Source: Hormiphora californensis (lineage: Eukaryota > Animalia > Ctenophora). From it: a stretch of DNA of 64,000 bases. Below are positions 58,465 to 64,000 of this stretch, in pieces. Where the stretch lies: assembly GCA_020137815.1 (NCBI GenBank), contig CM035351.1:1178001-1242000 (forward strand), in the 5' to 3' direction. Position 1 is the stretch's first letter. Every line of letters starts with the position of its first letter. The notes under the pieces are model-generated. The model saw only the letters and a list, made by a program, of their open reading frames with translations, made no database searches and was not told where the DNA came from. A program made the position numbers and the translations under genes.

Positions 58465-59331
58465 TTGTACTAAGAGATAATCGTACCCAATGGGCTACTT
58501 GAAGGAAGGCTGGACAGGAATAGAACACTGAGCGATGTATGTAGCATAAGAAAGAACGGGAATGGGAGAGAGAGATAGATAAAGACTAGAGAGAGAGAGA
58601 GATAGATAAAAACTAGAGAGCCAGAAAGAGAGACAGAGAAATATGCCAATTCAAACCATTACGTTTAGGGTACGCCTCCACCACGACCGCACCTTTTTCT
58701 CCGTTCTTTGGAAGGCGAATATAGCTTCACGGAAGAGGGTAGGGCGTGGACCGAAAACAAAATGGGTGGTTCCCTGCTGCATTATTCACACTATGTATTT
58801 CTGTCTCAATATTCTCTAAAAACATTAGGTATTCTCAGAATGCGAAGTGCAGACCTCACCGTACCACTGTGATAGTGTGATAGCAGTTCGTAGTTTGATT
58901 AGGCAAACCATGACTATTCAGTATTCACCTCTCATCAGTCTTCAATCTTCTTATTCACAGATTACCAAAAACATAGGTGAACGCTGTCTGGCGGCACCGA
59001 CCCGATCTGAGCGCACTCGAGAATCAAAACGGGGTCTGACGGAACCAGACAGGTTGAACGAAAGACGGCTTGCACAACTCCTCACTTAGTTTGCCCATTC
59101 AGAGAGAGAGGGTTTGATGCAAGGCAGTTTCAGATAAGGTGGTGATATATTGAAAATCTACAAAAATACCTAAAAACATTCACTATATAACATACACGTG
59201 TGATAATAGATTATTATATGTAGTTGATTCCCCATAATTAATAATCTCATCTAGTCACAACTCTCTCATCTTAACACTTCTTAGTTGCGTGTCTAATACA
59301 CACGCACCCAGAATCACATATTTCAGTCAGT

Positions 59332-62300
59332 TTATAGTGGGTTAATAACCTCTACATAATTTGTAGGGAAGAATCCCCTTCGTCCGTTAACCTCGCCCTC
59401 AAACCAGTTGCTATCAATCTGCTTTATCAGCGCCACTATATCTCCCTCCCTTAGGTCTAGTTCAGTCTCCGCCTCGGCATCAAAATCAAACAACGCTGAA
59501 ATTAGTTGGGGGAGTTTAGGAGATCTGTCGTGTTTATGTAAAACTCGGATATTGCGAGGACTGAGTGTGTTTGTTTGTCTGTTTATACAACAGTGGAAAA
59601 TGTGGCCATGTTCCGGAAGTAAGCATGTGAAAGAGTGGCAAGTGAGTGTGAGTGTGTGCATTGGGAAGCCAGGGAAGAGATATTGGAATTGAAATCAGAA
59701 ATAAACAACCCGACAGAAAGTCTGCTAAAGTCACCAACAAGACATGTTTCAGGGTTGTATGAGCGATACTGAGCAAACACAGTGAAAACACACGGTTTAT
59801 CATTATAGTTACCAGCACACATCCACAAATACGAACCTTTAGCACTAGGTTTAGGTTTACTGGGAGGGGGTGCCATTGGCCGGGCCGCTGACGGTGAATT
59901 GCCCTGCATGGGTCGAGCATCAGTTGGACCGGAAACATGGAAAGTTGACGAGGGTGGTTTATTAACTGAGCTGATTCTCGAAACAGGTTTTAAATCAGGC
60001 TGGGGTTTGCTCTGCGCTGCGAAGGCAGCACACTGTAGGTTGCTGTACGTCTCGTCCAGAACTCGCAATGCATTCTCGTGGTGAGTCTTCATGAACCCAA
60101 CCAGAGCCATCAACTGGTGAATGTGCTCTTCCTGAAGGAGAGAGGGGAGAGACTTTAGTGAGGAGATAGGGTTCGAGATGTGTGAAAGAGGGGAGATAGA
60201 TGGATAGAGTTAGGAGATGAGGAAGTGGAGTTACTAGGGAGAGTTGTTGGGTAATGGCTGGCGCTATTCACTCAACTCTTCAATAAATGGAGAGGGAAGC
60301 GGTTTTGGGAGAGGGGTCAGGGAGAACAAACAGGTCAGAACAGAAATATGGTCAAGATACACGTTTCTCATTAGTCAGCATTAGTCAAGTTGATCATGCA
60401 ATAATTCAAAGACAGTTAACACATAAATCTTGTTATTTGAAAATCGAGATCAAGTCAGTATAATTGGTGCACAATTGTAACACCATAGTGTGGTTTGTAT
60501 TTACTTCCTATTTGTGGAGAGTCTGAGTGTCAGTCCAAAAAGAAGTGTGACCAGTCCCAGTCCATGAAACAGGTGTGGTTAGTGGTTAATATAGTGGACA
60601 GTGGTTAATAACCACACTGCTCAGACCCCTTGTTTCCACACAATAAGGGTAGAAGCAGTACTAGTGGTTATACCGGTAAGACAACTATATCTAGCATTTA
60701 GGAAAAAGGAAAACCTAGTGCCATATTTTCATGATCTAGGAACGGTTCTCACCTCAGCGACAACAAATTTCTTCATTCCCACGTCAGCCTGCTGCATGGA
60801 TTCGTTAAATTTATCCTCCGCTGTATACAGATCATCATCTGTCACTTTTCCCTTTTCGTGTTGTGAGATTTTGTAATCGTAGTCAAGACGTCGCGATTCC
60901 ATCTTTTTCCTGTGGTTCTGAGGGAGGGAGGAGGAAGTACATATTACGTCATATAACGTCACATCAAATCATCAAAGGATGGAAAAAAAAGTAGTGAGAT
61001 AATTCTAGAATTGGTAATTGAGTAGGTATCACTGCTGGTGAGATTCAGTGCTGGGTGTGTGTGTGTGAGTGAGACGGTAGGTGACTTCGCGCGGTTCTCC
61101 TATCAGAGTGGTGCTCGCGCGCTACGTCCAATACCGCGCTGTACTGGATCTGCTGCAGGACAGGGGCCGATAAAAGCTGCTGTATACAATGAAAGGACAG
61201 ACGTCACGGGACCCATTGCATTTAAGTGGTTGTGTTGCAAAGTGGGGGTCTGGGTCCCCCTTTCTCCCTGTATATCTCTGTACATGTGCAGGAAATGCGG
61301 ATAACGAGTCGCAGCAAGATCAATAATTGACTTCATTGGCCGAAATGTTTTCTTAGCGGTGTACGTGTGAAGGTATAGTGTGTGTAATAGTGTTAGCTTG
61401 CAACGCAAGAGAGCTACTGCAGGGACTACTGCTGCAGACAGTTCAGACACAGACAGCTGTGGAAACCAAATTTAGAGAGGGAGAGAGAGGGAAGCTGCAA
61501 ATAGAAGGAGAGAGAGCAAGACAGGAAGTCGTTAGGATGGTCTACTGTAGACAGACTAACCATGATGTTCTCTTTATAATCAGTTCGTAGTGTTGACTCC
61601 ATGGGATCAATAAAGTTCTGCTTGATATCACAATCCTGTGGAAAAGGAGGGTGTCAGAATTGAGGAAAGGAAGAATTTCCGAAGAAAGCTTTGCCTGTTA
61701 TAACAGATCATTATATGCATGATCACGGGAGAGAGATGTGACAAATTACACACACACCTAACCGACCTGGCTGTGGCGTACTTATGACGCGGTAAGCTCA
61801 GATAGTTCACAAACATTGCATATGGTTTATAGAAAAGAGGGGGGGGGGGTAATAATAATAATAATAAAGATTTTGGCCACACGGCCAACTCGAAATTCAC
61901 TCTACGCAAATTACGTCTAAACTCACTTCCATTTCCCACAATAGTAATTAAAAATATACATTGAAATGTGCATCAGGCACATACATTGACCATTAAAACA
62001 GTTCGGTTCTCTAAAACATGTTGGTGTTAATTCCCTTTAATTTAGCTAGCGACGGATTAGCAGACATGTACTCAGCATACGAATCATGATTACAATTATT
62101 AATTTTTGCAATCAGGATTTCGCTCAGCTCCCAGAAATGCCCCAGAGACGGTGCTCCACTCGCAATTGTACTAGCCTTGTACTGCTCCAGGCGTGATTTG
62201 AAAGCATCCACACTGCTTGCTTCCTTCACATTAGCTGGAATCTTATTCCAGTAGTTTGCTACTCGATTGGATAGAACTCCATCCCCACGCCCGTCCTTCA

Positions 62301-63010
62301 GAATCTTTGTACCACTGCGTGAAACTCTGAATAGATCTTTTCCGTAGTCCACTTTGCCAGATGTTATCTTGAACGTCTCAATGAGATCACCTCTCATGCG
62401 ACGCTCAAGTAGTGTGGTGAGTTGAAGAATTCTCAGTCTTTCGCTGTAGGGAAGTAATCCAATCCCGTCAATTAGCCGTGTGAAAGAACGCTGTACATCC
62501 TCGATCTTCATAATTAGCTTCCAGTATCCGTGGGCTGCAGGTGGGTTCCATACTTGGACAGCATATTCAATATGAGGTCTTACTAGAGTCCTGTAGACAT
62601 TCAGCATAACAAATTTGTTCCGGCAAATGAGACTTCTGGTGATCCAGGAAATGACTGATTTTGCCTTGGATACTGCCTTCTCGATACATGTTGTCCAGTT
62701 CAGGTCTGAGCTGGTAAGTACTCCTAAGTCCTTCTCAGCACTTACTTCCGGTAGTTGGCAACCATTCATGAAGTACGCGTTTTTCGGGTTGTCTTTACCA
62801 ATGTGCAACACCTTGCATTTCCCATCATTCACATTGAAACGAAGGAGCCAGTCCTGTTCCCACTTGTTCAGCTTGTCGATGTCCTCTTGCGCAGTGGGTA
62901 TAGAGATTTTAGGGGAGTTTAGCAGGGATTTGAACTTTAAAAACATACCAACGAATCCTTGATGTTCGCCAGCTTCATAAATCCCTCTCCCAGTTCAGCC
63001 ACAGCCTTTG
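59332..63010 (-). CDS. SH3GL: Endophilin A (N-BAR + SH3), 3' exons; 5' part lies beyond those found here
   Basis: Exons ~62949-63010 ([20 protein letters not shown]), 61561-61635 ([12 protein letters not shown]), ~60753-60917 ([15 protein letters not shown]...AEDKFNES), ~59838-60131, 59332-59495 ([21 protein letters not shown]...[25 protein letters not shown]). Confidence 0.92.
61850..62915 (-). mobile_element. 5'-truncated LINE (CR1/L2-like ORF2 C-terminal ~300 aa, open frame) in an endophilin intron
   Basis: [71 protein letters not shown]; (TTA)n tail at ~61849-61867. Confidence 0.92.
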
Positions 63011-64000
63011 CTGAAAATATATTTCTTTTAGAACACCTGGGGATAGAATATGTCACCTACTAACTCAGACAATCTATTTAGGGCACTCAGAGGAGTTCAA
63101 GTCAAGATTGAGTGAGGACAGACCACTGTGTTATTCTATCCTGTGTTCTTTAAACCTCGAACTCTGTGATAAAAACCCATGACACCATTGTATGTGGTCG
63201 TAGGACACTCTGATCACTTTATAAGCCATTTCTTTGTCTCTCTCTCTCAATATCTCTCTCTATGTCTCTCTCTCTCTGGTGCCAAGAGCCCCCTTTCTTT
63301 TTAAAGTTAGCATTCGATAAGTAAACACCAGATGTTTTGAAACAGCCGTGTAAGGTGTGCAACTATCACACGGTTATCGGAGAAAGTAATAGTATATTGG
63401 ATGAAGAACAAGTGAAGAATTGTTTACACATGTACATCACTATGTGTATTTTTCTCCAGTTTCATCCCTACAGAAACTGTTTATTTAGCTCTCTCTCTCT
63501 CTTCTACTAAACAAACCTCACCTCTTCTCTTCGCTCTCTTTATCTCTCAAATATCCGATGTAAAAATTTTCCTGAAAGTCCAAACTTCTAGCGGCATTTA
63601 CAATATATTTGTACTGCAGCGTGTGGCGTGTGGTAAGTGATAGAAAACGGAATTTCTAATACTCCGGTGTCACATTACATGAACCAACGTCTCAAGCGTC
63701 CTTGTGTATTATTGCAGGTAGAAATGTAACACAGGCCTCAATATTCAATCGAATACGGAATAGGAGATGTGAGATCTGCTTTTGACTTTCAAATAGCCCC
63801 TTGCATAATTCTGATATTTTCAAACAATGCCACCCTGTCCTCTTGTGCTGGTCACTACAGCAGCACACAGAGCAGGTACTGTCTACACAATACACACAGC
63901 CTCATATTTCCTATCTGCTGTCTTTAGCATTGTTATATACCTCACACACATCTCACACACCGTATGATAATATATGCTCGGTCTTTTTAATATTCCCTGA

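Noticed and set aside
63692-63895. Cys-rich 67-aa ORF upstream of the endophilin exons
   Set aside because: No recognisable domain, non-ATG start, no supporting splice structure.

Overview
Intron-rich eukaryotic (invertebrate animal) genomic DNA with many (GA)n microsatellites; a ctenophore or other early-branching animal is a guess, not shown. The minus strand from 30.1 kb to the left edge carries six co-oriented genes: GGACT-like, a single-domain rhodanese, PIAS, an IQSEC/BRAG Sec7 ArfGEF, NDUFAF3 and ATP5PO (OSCP). Smad4 runs head-to-head on the plus strand (31.8-48.6 kb) and has seven exons present twice, probably an uncollapsed haplotype. A Ly6/three-finger GPI-type protein and the 3' part of endophilin A follow on the minus strand. 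Most notable: (1) operon-like clusters, where intronless genes overlap by 8 nt or lie 122-229 nt apart and each ATG is preceded by a 3' splice acceptor, suggesting polycistronic transcription resolved by trans-splicing; (2) splice donors, acceptors and branch points are tandemly duplicated in several genes; (3) long, near-perfect palindromic DNA transposons with target-site duplications sit in introns, one built from two left ends of a mariner-like element. Exon coordinates were read by eye and may be off by a few bases; two regions show low sequence quality.
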